A DNA stretch of 64,000 bases from an uncultured Methanosarcinales archaeon (GTDB taxonomy: Archaea; Nanobdellota; Nanobdellia; Woesearchaeales; CAYMBN01). A program made the translations under genes and the position numbers. Under the pieces are notes generated by a model. The model was not told the DNA's origin and did no database searches. It saw nothing but the letters and a program-made list of their open reading frames with translations. The DNA is taken from positions 62,001-126,000 of the forward strand of contig CAYMBN010000003.1 of the NCBI GenBank assembly GCA_964388715.1, given 5' to 3'. Positions 1 to 9,974 of this stretch are shown piece by piece; position 1 is the stretch's first letter, and each line of letters opens with the position of its first letter.

Positions 1-2
1 GA

Positions 3-3000
3 TACCAAAGAGAACATAAAAGAACTTTGGTTGGACTTGAACCTTCTACTGTGTATCATTACAAAATAAAGGTGTATGATTTCAAAGATCATTTGGTTGA
101 GTCTGATGATCATTTTTTTACAACTGAAGATGAAGAGGTTGTTGTGATCAGTTCAACAGGTGGTTATGATTTTGATGGAACACATTCTTACACAAATAAA
201 AGATTGTATTTAGATCTTACTGGATCTGGAACTGATGTGAATATTAATGGTATGCTTGACCTTACCTCTGTGTATATTGATTCAAGTTATGGATATCATC
301 TTAAGATGGATGGTGGTAATTTGATTGTTGATGGTGCTGAATTTGAGAATGTTCTTAGTTTGGATTTGTTGGATGATAATTCTTTGGTAATTAATAATTC
401 TAAGTTTTTTCAGGGGGACTCTTCAAATTCTGTGTTTAATCTAGAAGCTCCAATAATAAAAATTGATAATTCTTTGATTGATAATTCTTATTCCACTTCT
501 GATTTTAATTGGGAGCATCATATTACTATTACTTCAAACAATTTAGAAATTGTTGATTCTGAACTTAATGCTGAAACAGTACAAACAGTTGATCATCTTA
601 ATCAGATTAGAGCTATTATTGGGATTATTTCTGATGAAGTTAATATTAAGAATTCAAAATTAGTTAGTTATGCTTATATTCCTGCTAACAAGTATCAATA
701 TTCAAATGTGGTTATAACTTCACCTAAAATAAATCTGCTTGATTCTGATGTGCGGTCATTAGCAAATGAAAACTTGGCAAGTGATAAAGATGATAATATT
801 TTTGTTAGGTTAACTGCAACTAATGAACTTAATTTAATTGGAACTACTCTTTATAGTGATTATTTTATGGACATTAATGGTGGAATAATTGATGCTGAAG
901 ATAGTTTGATTAATGCAAGAAACCCTTATAATTATGCAGGTGCAACTATTGATTGTAGTGATTTGTTATTTGAGAATTCAGATTTATGGTTTAGTAAAGG
1001 AAAGGTTGATTGTGATGGCGTTTTGTTAAAAGATTCTGAATTGACAGGAGGTTTTGTTTTGGATATTGATGGTGAGAATGATAATATGGTTGTTGGTTCT
1101 GTAATTAAGTTAGAGAAAGATGCTGGTACAATAGATCTTATTGGAAAGAGTAATGTGATTAATAATTCAAATATTTCTTTGAATAGGTATTATACTGTAA
1201 TAAGAATTGATTCTACAGAAGATCTTGTTTTGTCATCTAGTGTGATTAATTCATCTTATTATCCAACTGGTTCAACAGGGCAGGCTTTGAATTTGTATGG
1301 GAATAATATTTTTGTTGAAGATAGTTTTTTGGAATCATCTGCTCACAGAGAAACTTCTGGAGGTTCAACAGGATCTATTATTAGGTTTATAGGAGAAAAT
1401 GCAGAAGTTGTTGGGTCAACAGTTTATACATCTGCTTATTGTCAATATGAAAGTTGTTTGTCTGAGATGAATTTTGATTTGAATAATTTAAAGATTGTTA
1501 ATTCTGAAATTAATTCATTTAAGGTTGGAGGTTTTGCAGATACTGATATTGAGATTAGTAATTGTGATGTTGTTGTTAATTCTTCACGTATTGTTTCTTC
1601 AACTGATGAAACTATTTCAGCTAATGAGTTTAAGGTTTATGATTCTGTTATTGGGATGAGTTTGGAGAGTTTTAATGGTAATGATAAGGTTTATCTTTAT
1701 AATACAAGTGTTGAAGTGGTTCCAAGTGAGAGTGCTTTGGTTAGAAAATATTGGTATCTTGATTTAAGTGTTGAAGAAGGTGCTGGTATGGTTTTAAGTA
1801 ATTCTGAGCAAATGTTTGTTAATGATGGAAGGTTAGTTGTTTTAGGTTCTAAAATTGATTCTTCAGGGGAGGATGTTCTTGATCAGAACTTGATTGTGAG
1901 TAAATTAGGTTATACTACACACAATGAAATGTTTAATATTTTTGATAATATGGTTAAAAATGTTGTTTTGGATAAAATTAATTATGCTCCTGTTTTAGAA
2001 GAGATTGATGATGTTGTTGTTGATGAAGGAGATGTTGTTAGGGTAACTGCTGTTGCAAGTGATTCTGATGATCTTGAATATATTATTAATGATTCAAGGT
2101 TTGAACAATATAATAATGTTTTTGTGTGGCAGACTGATGAAGAAGGTGTTTATTCTTTTGAAATTACTGTGAGTGATGGTGAGTTAAGTGACTCTGATGA
2201 GTTTAGTGTTACTGTTAGTGGTTGTGAACCTGATTGGGTGTTTAATTATACTTCTTTGGAAGAATGTGGAGTTAATGATAGTAGGAATAGGGTGAAATAT
2301 TATTATGATGTGAATGAATGCGGTTTAGAGAATCCTTATGATAATGTTACTGAAAATGAAGAATGTGATTATTGTGTTTCTGAATGGACAAATGTTAGTG
2401 GTGAATGTCAGGCTAGTGATACATTTAGGGTTGATTTCTTTTTTATAAATACTTGTTGTAGTGAGACTGGACTTGAGTCTGATTGTGATATTCCTGAGAA
2501 TGAAACTTATCCATGTGATTATTGTACACCTGATTGGCAGATTTATTATACTGAATGGAGTGATTGTGAAATTGATGATAATAGGGACAGAGTGAGGTAT
2601 TATTATGATGTAAATAATTGTGGTGAGGAGAATCCTTATGATAATGTGACTGAGAGTGAGCAATGTGATTATGAATCATTGCATAAACCTAGAATTAATT
2701 CAATTGATTATGAATCCGAATATGATGAGAAGGATGAGGTTAGGATAACAGTTGATGCATCTGACCCTGATAATGATGAGCTTGAGTATTCAATAAATGA
2801 TTCAAGATTTGAACAAGATAATAATGTGTTTACATGGCAAGGTGTTGTTGGAGAATATTCTGTTAAAGTTGAAGTAGATGATGGTGAGTTTAGTGATTCA
2901 GAAGTTATTGATTTTGTAGTAAATCCATTGCCTGACATTGAGTTAAGTGGTTTTGAAGTTGCTAGAGCTTATGGAAAGAATGTGTTTTTTAAGTTTGTTT

Positions 3001-3245
3001 TGGAAAATGTTGGTAATGAGGTAGCTGAGAATGTTTATTGGAAGGTTGATTCTAGTGATGGGCAAGAGAAAACTAATGATGATCCGCTAACAATTGAGAT
3101 TGGTCAGGAAGTAATTGTTTATACTTTGATCAAGTATAGTGAAAGTGGAAATTATACTGCAGAAGTTGCTGTTGATTTTGATAATTTGATCAAGGAATTA
3201 GATGAAAGTAATAATGATGGAAGTGTTGAGGTAGAGGTTGGGTAA
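3..3245 (+). CDS. Large cell-surface protein, 5'-truncated by window: FN3-like tail, beta-helix-like region, two cadherin/Ig-like repeats, Cys-rich repeats, C-terminal CARDB-like domain
   Basis: Frame open from base 3 (YQREHKRTLVGLEPSTVYHY, FN3-like); acidic and Asn/Ser-rich; C-terminal PDIELS...ENVG...VDFDNLIKELDESNN is CARDB-like. Confidence 0.75.
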   Translation, partial: YQREHKRTLVGLEPSTVYHYKIKVYDFKDHLVESDDHFFTTEDEEVVVISSTGGYDFDGTHSYTNKRLYLDLTGSGTDVNINGMLDLTSVYIDSSYGYHLKMDGGNLIVDGAEFENVLSLDLLDDNSLVINNSKFFQGDSSNSVFNLEAPIIKIDNSLIDNSYSTSDFNWEHHITITSNNLEIVDSELNAETVQTVDHLNQIRAIIGIISDEVNIKNSKLVSYAYIPANKYQYSNVVITSPKINLLDSDVRSLANENLASDKDDNIFVRLTATNELNLIGTTLYSDYFMDINGGIIDAEDSLINARNPYNYAGATIDCSDLLFENSDLWFSKGKVDCDGVLLKDSELTGGFVLDIDGENDNMVVGSVIKLEKDAGTIDLIGKSNVINNSNISLNRYYTVIRIDSTEDLVLSSSVINSSYYPTGSTGQALNLYGNNIFVEDSFLESSAHRETSGGSTGSIIRFIGENAEVVGSTVYTSAYCQYESCLSEMNFDLNNLKIVNSEINSFKVGGFADTDIEISNCDVVVNSSRIVSSTDETISANEFKVYDSVIGMSLESFNGNDKVYLYNTSVEVVPSESALVRKYWYLDLSVEEGAGMVLSNSEQMFVNDGRLVVLGSKIDSSGEDVLDQNLIVSKLGYTTHNEMFNIFDNMVKNVVLDKINYAPVLEEIDDVVVDEGDVVRVTAVASDSDDLEYIINDSRFEQYNNVFVWQTDEEGVYSFEITVSDGELSDSDEFSVTVSGCEPDWVFNYTSLEECGVNDSRNRVKYYYDVNECGLENPYDNVTENEECDYCVSEWTNVSGECQASDTFRVDFFFINTCCSETGLESDCDIPENETYPCDYCTPDWQIYYTEWSDCEIDDNRDRVRYYYDVNNCGEENPYDNVTESEQCDYESLHKPRINSIDYESEYDEKDEVRITVDASDPDNDELEYSINDSRFEQDNNVFTWQGVVGEYSVKVEVDDGEFSDSEVIDFVVNPLPDIELSGFEVARAYGKNVFFKFVLENVGNEVAENVYWKVDSSDGQEKTNDDPLTIEIGQEVIVYTLIKYSESGNYTAEVAVDFDNLIKELDESNNDGSVEVEVG
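2223..2672 (+). repeat. Two 150-bp intragenic Cys-rich repeats (2223-2372, 2523-2672)
   Basis: C.PDW...YT...C...D.R.RV.YYYDVN.CG.ENPYDNVTE.E.CDY occurs twice, 300 bp apart. Confidence 0.85.
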
Positions 3246-3394
3246 ATAATCCTGGGTATGGTTTTCTTATGTTTTTTACATTGAGAATATTAAGGTAAAT
3301 AAAGATGTGATTTTTTATATGGTTATAAAGTATTAGCCGAAATATTTAAATAAGATTCTATCAACCACATTAATAAAGATTGGAGGAATTGAAA

Positions 3395-3715
3395 ATGGGA
3401 TTATTTCATAAAACTTTACTTGATGCTAAGGAAAAAATTGAAGCAGGAGACATAGATGGTGGCTTTAGTATATTAAAGAAACATACTAATAGGCATTGTA
3501 TTATACAATCAAATTCAACTATTATAAGATTGAAGAGATATTTTGAAAGATATACTTCAACATTAATTAGTGCTACAACACCAAAAATGGGTATATCAGA
3601 TGGTGAAGCTAAGAAAATGTTACTTGATGCTATAACTGTTTGTGAGGATGCCCTTAAAAAGATTAAAAGGGATTTAAAGCGCTTGTTGAAAACTGAAAGA
3701 ATAAAATTGGAATAA
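3395..3715 (+). CDS. Hypothetical protein
   Basis: GGAGG upstream of ATG 3395 and a TTTAAATA TATA-like box further upstream; no recognisable motif. Confidence 0.6.
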   Translation: MGLFHKTLLDAKEKIEAGDIDGGFSILKKHTNRHCIIQSNSTIIRLKRYFERYTSTLISATTPKMGISDGEAKKMLLDAITVCEDALKKIKRDLKRLLKTERIKLE

Positions 3716-3857
3716 CCCTTTTTTTTGGTATTTAATTTCTCCTTTATTCTTTTACTGATTAAACAATCAGATGATTATTTACTCTATTAAGCGAAACCTT
3801 TTTATAAAGTAATTCTATAAATTAATATTAGTAAGTGTTATCTGAAAAAGAGGGAAA

Positions 3858-4322
3858 ATGAAGAAGAGGAATATAAAAGCACAGGCTGCGATGGAGTTTA
3901 TGATGACTTATGGGTGGGCTCTTCTAGCTATTACACTTATTATCGGAGCAATTGCTTATACTGGTGTTCTTAATATTCATAGATTGTTGCCAAATGAATG
4001 TTTTATTAGTAATAATCTTGTTTGTGATGAGGTTTCTGCGAATTCACAGAACATTTCTTTGTTTATTATTAACGGGTTAGGTTATGATATTGATATATTA
4101 AGGATAAATGTTACAAGTGTTCAAGGAGATTGTATTGGTAGAGATTTTGAAATACAAAATGTTAATAATAGTGATTCAGCAAGGATTGATGTTGTGTGTG
4201 TTGAACTTGATAATGAAACTATTGGAAACAATATGGTTGAAGGTAAACTTTATGTTCAGTACAATATTACAAAAACAGGTTCAATACATGAATTATATGG
4301 TAATGTAAGAGTGCAAATATGA
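3858..4322 (+). CDS. Class III signal peptide (type IV pilin-like) protein
   Basis: KAQAAMEFMMTYGWA followed by a hydrophobic helix. Confidence 0.85.
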   Translation: MKKRNIKAQAAMEFMMTYGWALLAITLIIGAIAYTGVLNIHRLLPNECFISNNLVCDEVSANSQNISLFIINGLGYDIDILRINVTSVQGDCIGRDFEIQNVNNSDSARIDVVCVELDNETIGNNMVEGKLYVQYNITKTGSIHELYGNVRVQI

Positions 4323-4726
4323 GAAAAGCACAGGTTGCAATGGAGTATCTTTTGATTATGGCGTTCATAATGATAGTGATTATTCCAGGGATATATCTTT
4401 TTTATAATTATTCTGAAAAGTCAACTGAGAAGTTAGTTTACTCTCAGGTTGAACAAATTGCACACCAGATAATTGATAATGCTGAGAATGTTTATTATAC
4501 TGGTGAGCCTAGTTTTACAACTATAACAGTTAAGATGCCTGAGAATATTAAAGAAATATCAATACAAAATAATAAAGAACTTGTTTTTAAAATTGTTGAT
4601 TCTGATCAGGTTTATTTGTCTGATGTTAATTTAAGTGGTGAGTTTGGAAATACATCTTGGTCAGCTGGGTTAAAGAAAATAAAAGTGCAGGCTTTTGATA
4701 ATTATGTCAATATTTCATTTACGTAG
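4319..4726 (+). CDS. Class III signal peptide (pilin-like) protein
   Basis: RKAQVAMEYL plus hydrophobic helix; ATGA overlap with upstream gene. Confidence 0.85.
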   Translation: MRKAQVAMEYLLIMAFIMIVIIPGIYLFYNYSEKSTEKLVYSQVEQIAHQIIDNAENVYYTGEPSFTTITVKMPENIKEISIQNNKELVFKIVDSDQVYLSDVNLSGEFGNTSWSAGLKKIKVQAFDNYVNISFT

Positions 4727-5123
4727 GGCTCAAACATCTGTTGAATTTACAGTTTTGATTGTATTTATGTTTTTCATAGCTATGGTTTTCTTTGTTGTTA
4801 TAACTCAAAGATCATTAGAAACTCAAGAACAAAATGATAAAACATTACTTGAAAATGTTAAAATAATGGTTGAGAATGAGATTGATGTTGCATTACAAAT
4901 GCAAGATGGTTATTCTAGATCATTTGTTTTGCCTAATAAGCTTAACATGTTTGATTATAAAGTTGTTAATAGTGAAACAGAGATTGTGTTTAAGTATGTG
5001 AATTCTTCTGTTAAGCATGAAATTGTTTTATTGTTAAAAGATAATATTACTGCCAATGTTAGTAAAGGAAGTAATCTAATTGAGATGGAAAATGGTGTGA
5101 TTTTTATCAATAAAAATACATAA
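4704..5123 (+). CDS. Class III signal peptide (pilin-like) protein
   Basis: RRAQTSVEF plus hydrophobic helix; start codon uncertain (4695 or 4704). Confidence 0.8.
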   Translation: MSIFHLRRAQTSVEFTVLIVFMFFIAMVFFVVITQRSLETQEQNDKTLLENVKIMVENEIDVALQMQDGYSRSFVLPNKLNMFDYKVVNSETEIVFKYVNSSVKHEIVLLLKDNITANVSKGSNLIEMENGVIFINKNT

Positions 5124-5168
5124 CATTTATAAAGTTATATTCCTAAAATAATTAAAAAGAGGATATTT

Positions 5169-5525
5169 ATGAAAAAGAGTGGTCAGGCTTGGTCAATAGA
5201 TATTACTATAGCAATTGCAATTTTTATGGTAGGTGTTGCTATCTTCTTTGTATTTAATCGTGTTATTCCTGAGAGAGAGCTTGAAAAATTGAATGATAAA
5301 GCTGAGTCTATCTCAAACAGATTGAATTTTGTTAGTGAGAATCAAATTAATCCTAATAGTTTTGGTGTTGTTAATTATACTGATTTGAAAAATGAACTTG
5401 ATGTTAAAGAAAAGTTTTGTATTTATTTTCAGGATAAAGATGGAAATCTTGTTAATGTAGGTGGAAAGTATAGTGTTGGTGATTCTGATATTGAAATTGC
5501 GGAGGGAGTAGAATGCGGACAATAA
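5169..5525 (+). CDS. Class III signal peptide (pilin-like) protein
   Basis: KKSGQAWSID plus hydrophobic helix. Confidence 0.8.
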   Translation: MKKSGQAWSIDITIAIAIFMVGVAIFFVFNRVIPERELEKLNDKAESISNRLNFVSENQINPNSFGVVNYTDLKNELDVKEKFCIYFQDKDGNLVNVGGKYSVGDSDIEIAEGVECGQ

Positions 5526-7402
5526 AAAAGATGGTGATGATTATAATGTTGGTGTTGTTTATTAACAGTGTTTTAGCAATACCTAAATTGATTTCAATTC
5601 AAGGTAAACTTACCAATAAAACTAATGGTGATCCTATTATTGGTCCAGTTGATATTTCATTTGGAATTTGTTCTGACCAAGAGTGTAATAGCCAAGCCTG
5701 GCCCACTCTTGGTTATGAACAACATACCAATGTTCCTTTAGCAAAAGGTATTTTTAATGTTGAATTAGGTTCTGTTGAAACTCTTAATCTTGACTTTAGT
5801 CAGAATTATTGGTTATGGATTGAGGTTAATGGAGAAGATTTTGGTGAAACAGTTAATCTAGCAAGTGTTGGTTATGCTTTTAGAGCTGATGATGCTGATC
5901 AATTACAAGGAAAAACAGAATCTGAGTTAAGTGTAAGTCATGCAAGTACTGCTGATAGTGCAACAGATGCACAAAAACTTGGTGGGAAAACAGAATCTCA
6001 ATTAAGTGTAAGTCATGCAAGTACTGCTGATAGTGCAACTACTGCAGCAGAGGCATTGAATGTTGATTGGACAGGGATTCAGAATATGCCCAGTGGTTTT
6101 TCTGATAATGTTGACGATACTGGTTATTGGACAAAGTTAGGAAATATTATTTATTATAATACTGGAAATGTTGGGATTGGTAGAACAGGTCCTACTGAAA
6201 AATTAGATGTTCTTGGTAATATAAAAGCTTCTGGTACTATATGTGGGAGTGCTGGTTGTGTTGGAGATCCTGTTGAGGGATTATGGACCCAATCTGGAAG
6301 TAATGTTTATAGAAGTACTGGTAATGTTGGTATTGGTACAATGTTTCCTTCACAAAAATTGCATGTGTCTGGAAATGTTAAAGCAACTAAAGTAGGAGCA
6401 GGTAGTTTTTGTGATTCTAATATGGCTAATTGTAAAACAATAATTGAACTTAGTGATGATAATGATTGGGCTAAGTCTGGAAATAATGTTTATAAGACAA
6501 CTGGTAAGGTTGGGATTGGAACATCAACTCCAAGTACTGTATTAGATGTGTCATATGTTTGTTCTGGTTGTGGTTATGGTGCAGCTAGGATTGGTCATTC
6601 AAGTAATGTTGCAACAGGTGATTATGCTGTTGTAATGGGTAAAGAATCAACTGCAAGTGGTACTTATAGTCTAGCAATCGGATATAATGCAGAAGCAACA
6701 AATACCTACTCTTTTGCTCATGGTAGATTTTCACAGGCAACAGGAAAAAGTAGTGTAGCATTAGGTGATACTGCAAAAGCATTAGGTTATGGAAGTGTAG
6801 CATTAGGAAGTGGTACAGCTTCTGATAGTTATGATGTTGCAATGGGTTCTAGTACAGATGCATCTGGTGGAAGAAGTACTGCAATGGGTTCTTTTACAGA
6901 AGCAAGTGGTTTTGCAAGTACTGCAATGGGTTCTAGCACTAAAGCTATGGGTTTTTCATCAACTGCTATGGGAACTAAGATGGAAGTAAGTGGATTTGGT
7001 TCTTTTGGAGTTAGCTTAGATAATCCTACATCAGCTTATGAATTAACTCAGGATAATACTATGGCTATTATGGGAGGTAACCTTGGGGTTGGAACTGTTA
7101 CTCCTGAAGCTAATTTAGAAGTTAAAGGTACAATGAAGGTTTTTGGTGCATGGCAAACAAAACAAATGAATGAAGTTTATAGAGCAGATACAGATGGTTT
7201 TGTTGTTGCTTATGCTGATGGTTTGTGGAGTATGATACAAGGTTATACAGATTCCTCTGACCCTCCAACAACTCTAAGAACTCAAAATAATGCTTGGGAA
7301 ACTCCTCATGTAAGTATAACAATGCCAGTAAGAAAGGGTGATTATTGGAAAGTGACTAGTACATTATCAGGAACTGTTTATTGGATGCCTTTAGGAACGT
7401 AA
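5513..7402 (+). CDS. Secreted fibre/adhesin-like protein with GNVGIGT repeats and YadA-head-like repeats
   Basis: Signal peptide; repeated G(N/K)VGIG motifs; about 14-aa A.G..S.A(M/L)G repeats. Confidence 0.7.
   Translation: MRTIKKMVMIIMLVLFINSVLAIPKLISIQGKLTNKTNGDPIIGPVDISFGICSDQECNSQAWPTLGYEQHTNVPLAKGIFNVELGSVETLNLDFSQNYWLWIEVNGEDFGETVNLASVGYAFRADDADQLQGKTESELSVSHASTADSATDAQKLGGKTESQLSVSHASTADSATTAAEALNVDWTGIQNMPSGFSDNVDDTGYWTKLGNIIYYNTGNVGIGRTGPTEKLDVLGNIKASGTICGSAGCVGDPVEGLWTQSGSNVYRSTGNVGIGTMFPSQKLHVSGNVKATKVGAGSFCDSNMANCKTIIELSDDNDWAKSGNNVYKTTGKVGIGTSTPSTVLDVSYVCSGCGYGAARIGHSSNVATGDYAVVMGKESTASGTYSLAIGYNAEATNTYSFAHGRFSQATGKSSVALGDTAKALGYGSVALGSGTASDSYDVAMGSSTDASGGRSTAMGSFTEASGFASTAMGSSTKAMGFSSTAMGTKMEVSGFGSFGVSLDNPTSAYELTQDNTMAIMGGNLGVGTVTPEANLEVKGTMKVFGAWQTKQMNEVYRADTDGFVVAYADGLWSMIQGYTDSSDPPTTLRTQNNAWETPHVSITMPVRKGDYWKVTSTLSGTVYWMPLGT
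5909..6039 (+). repeat. Intragenic direct repeat (5909-5964 and 5984-6039, 75-bp offset)
   Basis: GKTES(E/Q)LSVSHASTADSAT twice with near-identical DNA. Confidence 0.9.
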
Positions 7403-7405
7403 ATA

Positions 7406-7744
7406 ATGGGAAAACTTAAAATAAAAATTCATAAAGAAAGAATAGTTTATTTAGTTGTTTTTCTTTTGATTATCTTTTTTCTTTCAATGAAAACTACTGA
7501 AAATGTTACTGATGAACAAGTTATTGATAAACTTAAACAACATGTTAGTTTTGAGGAAATGCCTGTTGTTACTTTGATTACAGAAGATGCTTTACAAGAG
7601 TTAGTTGCAAAACAACCTGCAATATATGAGGATGTTAAACCAAAAGTGTATAAAGTTGAATTGTCAGATAAATTGATTATTTATGATTATGAAAATGATG
7701 AGATTGTAAAAGAGTTTGCATTTCAAAAAATGGTGTTAAAATGA
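7406..7744 (+). CDS. Hypothetical single-TM protein
   Basis: N-terminal hydrophobic helix; within pilin cluster. Confidence 0.7.
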   Translation: MGKLKIKIHKERIVYLVVFLLIIFFLSMKTTENVTDEQVIDKLKQHVSFEEMPVVTLITEDALQELVAKQPAIYEDVKPKVYKVELSDKLIIYDYENDEIVKEFAFQKMVLK

Positions 7745-8535
7745 AGTTGAAAGTATTGATGTTGTTCTTTATTATTTTGATTGCACAATTTGTTGTGGCA
7801 GAACTATTGTCAAGTACTACTTATAATCTTAATCTTAATGAAGAGATTGCTGGATCAGGACATTTGGATTCAAGTAATTATGCTATTGATGCTAGTGTTG
7901 GACAGAATATTATTGGTAGACTTGATTCAACTGATTATTATTTAGAACTTGGTTGGTTTGTTTCTCCAACTAGTAGGTTTTGTAATTTTACAGGACATGT
8001 TAAGAATGAAACTCTTGATCCTATTCATGGTGCAAGAATTAGATTGAATGGTCCTCTTGATTATAAAATTTATACAGATGAAAATGGTTATTATAATATT
8101 ACTGTTCTTGGAGATGTGTTTTATGATTTAAGTGCATACAGGATTTATCATAATACTGAAACAGAAACAAGTTATCTTAATTGTTCACTTATTGAAGAAC
8201 AAGTTGATTTTGTTTTGGAAAGAGCTGTTAATCCTTGTGAAGTTGATTGTACTAAAGTTAATGATGATGTTTGTCATGCAGATTGTTTAGGAACAACTGA
8301 TAACTTGGAGACTTGTAATGTTATTGATGTGTGTAATGGAATAAAAAGGGATGTTAATCAGCATTTTAATGAAACACATTATACCTCATGTTGTGAAACT
8401 TTTTTACCATATACAGTGCCAACTGTGTCAACTCTTGAATTGCCTGAGGAAGCAGAACATCTTGTTAAGACAACTAGAGCAGTTAGATTGCCTGATGGAA
8501 GATTAGTTAATATGATAGTGGTTGTTTGGGAATAA
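7741..8535 (+). CDS. Secreted protein with carboxypeptidase-regulatory-like beta-sandwich and Cys-rich segment
   Basis: Signal peptide; FTGHVKN...PIHGARI...YTDENGYYNI pattern. Confidence 0.6.
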   Translation: MKLKVLMLFFIILIAQFVVAELLSSTTYNLNLNEEIAGSGHLDSSNYAIDASVGQNIIGRLDSTDYYLELGWFVSPTSRFCNFTGHVKNETLDPIHGARIRLNGPLDYKIYTDENGYYNITVLGDVFYDLSAYRIYHNTETETSYLNCSLIEEQVDFVLERAVNPCEVDCTKVNDDVCHADCLGTTDNLETCNVIDVCNGIKRDVNQHFNETHYTSCCETFLPYTVPTVSTLELPEEAEHLVKTTRAVRLPDGRLVNMIVVVWE

Positions 8536-9036
8536 ATGAAAAAGAAAGGTTATTTTTTTACTATTGATGCATTCTTTGCTGTGCTTGTGTTAGTTATTGG
8601 ACTTATTATTGTATGGAATTCTTATTCAAGTAGACCTTTAACAACACCTTCAGAAATTGTATCACAAGATTTAACTACAATATTTTCTACAACAAAAATT
8701 ATTGATTTGAGTGATATTTATTATCCTTATATTAGAGATCTGAAGTTGCAAGGTAAGATTGTTAATTATGATAATACTTTACTTGAACAAATTGCTTTTT
8801 TTTATTCTGAAGATGAGATAGAAGTTGCAACTAATTTTACTAAAGAACTTGCTGAAGAACTTGTGCCTGAGCATCAAGGGTTTGAGATTATTGTTGAAAA
8901 TACTTCAATATTCAAAAGAGATTTTGTTAAAGAGGTTTCTTCATTGGTTGGGTCAAAAAAGATTGTTTATGGTTTTAATAATCAAACATATGAATTATGG
9001 GGTCCTTTGTTAGTGGAGGTTAGAGTATGGCAATGA
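8536..9036 (+). CDS. Class III signal peptide (pilin-like) protein
   Basis: MKKKGYFFTIDA plus hydrophobic helix. Confidence 0.8.
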   Translation: MKKKGYFFTIDAFFAVLVLVIGLIIVWNSYSSRPLTTPSEIVSQDLTTIFSTTKIIDLSDIYYPYIRDLKLQGKIVNYDNTLLEQIAFFYSEDEIEVATNFTKELAEELVPEHQGFEIIVENTSIFKRDFVKEVSSLVGSKKIVYGFNNQTYELWGPLLVEVRVWQ

Positions 9037-9974
9037 ATAAGAGTTTGAAATTTAAGAAATTTCTAACTCTTAGAAATCCTCTGAGGATTTCAAAGAAAGG
9101 TATGTTTTTTACGTTTATTGCAGTGTTAATTGTATTTGCTTTACTTATAGCTTTTTCTCCAACAAAGACTTTTAAGATAAATAAAATTCCTGTTATTAAG
9201 ACAAGGTTGTTGGCTATTGATAATTATGTGCAGGATTTGGATGATTCTTTTTTAGAAAGAGCTTTGAAAACTACTACATATAATGGATTTAATGAGTTGT
9301 TGAATCGGATTAAGCAGAAAAAAGAACCAGTAGATGTTAATAGTGTTTTTTACGAACTTTTAACTTCTGGAGAGATTGATGGTGAAGAAGTGCTTAATGA
9401 AACTTTACCATATTGGTTTGGTAAGCTTAATTCTGTTTCTTCTAGAGTTTTGCGTGTTAGTTCTGAGTTTTTGATTAATTCTGTTGTTTTGGATCAGACA
9501 GAACCTTTTGAGATTGAGGTTTTAATGGATGTAAATTATTCAATTGAAAGTGAATTAGCAAGGTGGGATAGGAATTCTCTAATAAAAACTGTTGTAAGAA
9601 TTGAAGGTTTGGATGATCCATTACATATTTTGAATGGTTATGAAAATACTATTAGAAAAACAAATATAAGTGTGTGGGGACTTGATGGTATTGGTTGGTT
9701 TACTAGTGAAAAAAGTTATAGAAAGGATGCAAAAGCTCCTAATTTCTTGATGAGGTTTTTGAATGTTTCTAATGAATCTAATTGTTGTGGAATAGAATCA
9801 TTGTTGAATGTTTCTGTTGTGGGAGAGCATTGTAAAAGTTATGTTGATTATTGTTTCTTTTTTGGATGTGATGGATTGTTGTGGGAGAATTCTACTATTC
9901 CTGGATTTAAGCTAGAAAGTTATCATATTCAAGAAGAACAATATGATTTCAGTGGTCAGAATGTTTGTAATTAA
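9027..9974 (+). CDS. Class III signal peptide (pilin-like) protein with extended leader
   Basis: KKGMFFT plus hydrophobic helix; leader lengthened by a palindromic insert. Confidence 0.75.
   Translation: MAMNKSLKFKKFLTLRNPLRISKKGMFFTFIAVLIVFALLIAFSPTKTFKINKIPVIKTRLLAIDNYVQDLDDSFLERALKTTTYNGFNELLNRIKQKKEPVDVNSVFYELLTSGEIDGEEVLNETLPYWFGKLNSVSSRVLRVSSEFLINSVVLDQTEPFEIEVLMDVNYSIESELARWDRNSLIKTVVRIEGLDDPLHILNGYENTIRKTNISVWGLDGIGWFTSEKSYRKDAKAPNFLMRFLNVSNESNCCGIESLLNVSVVGEHCKSYVDYCFFFGCDGLLWENSTIPGFKLESYHIQEEQYDFSGQNVCN
9038..9096. repeat. Double-hairpin palindromic element (GAAA...TTTC family), in-frame in CDS
   Basis: taagagtt-t-gaaattt-aag-aaatttc-t-aactctta and tctt-a-gaaatcctc-t-gaggatttc-a-aaga. 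Confidence 0.75.

Noticed and set aside
2223..7402. Diversity-generating retroelement TR/VR pair in the surface or fibre genes
   Set aside because: Repeats are in-frame domain duplications whose differences are not adenine-specific; no reverse transcriptase in the window
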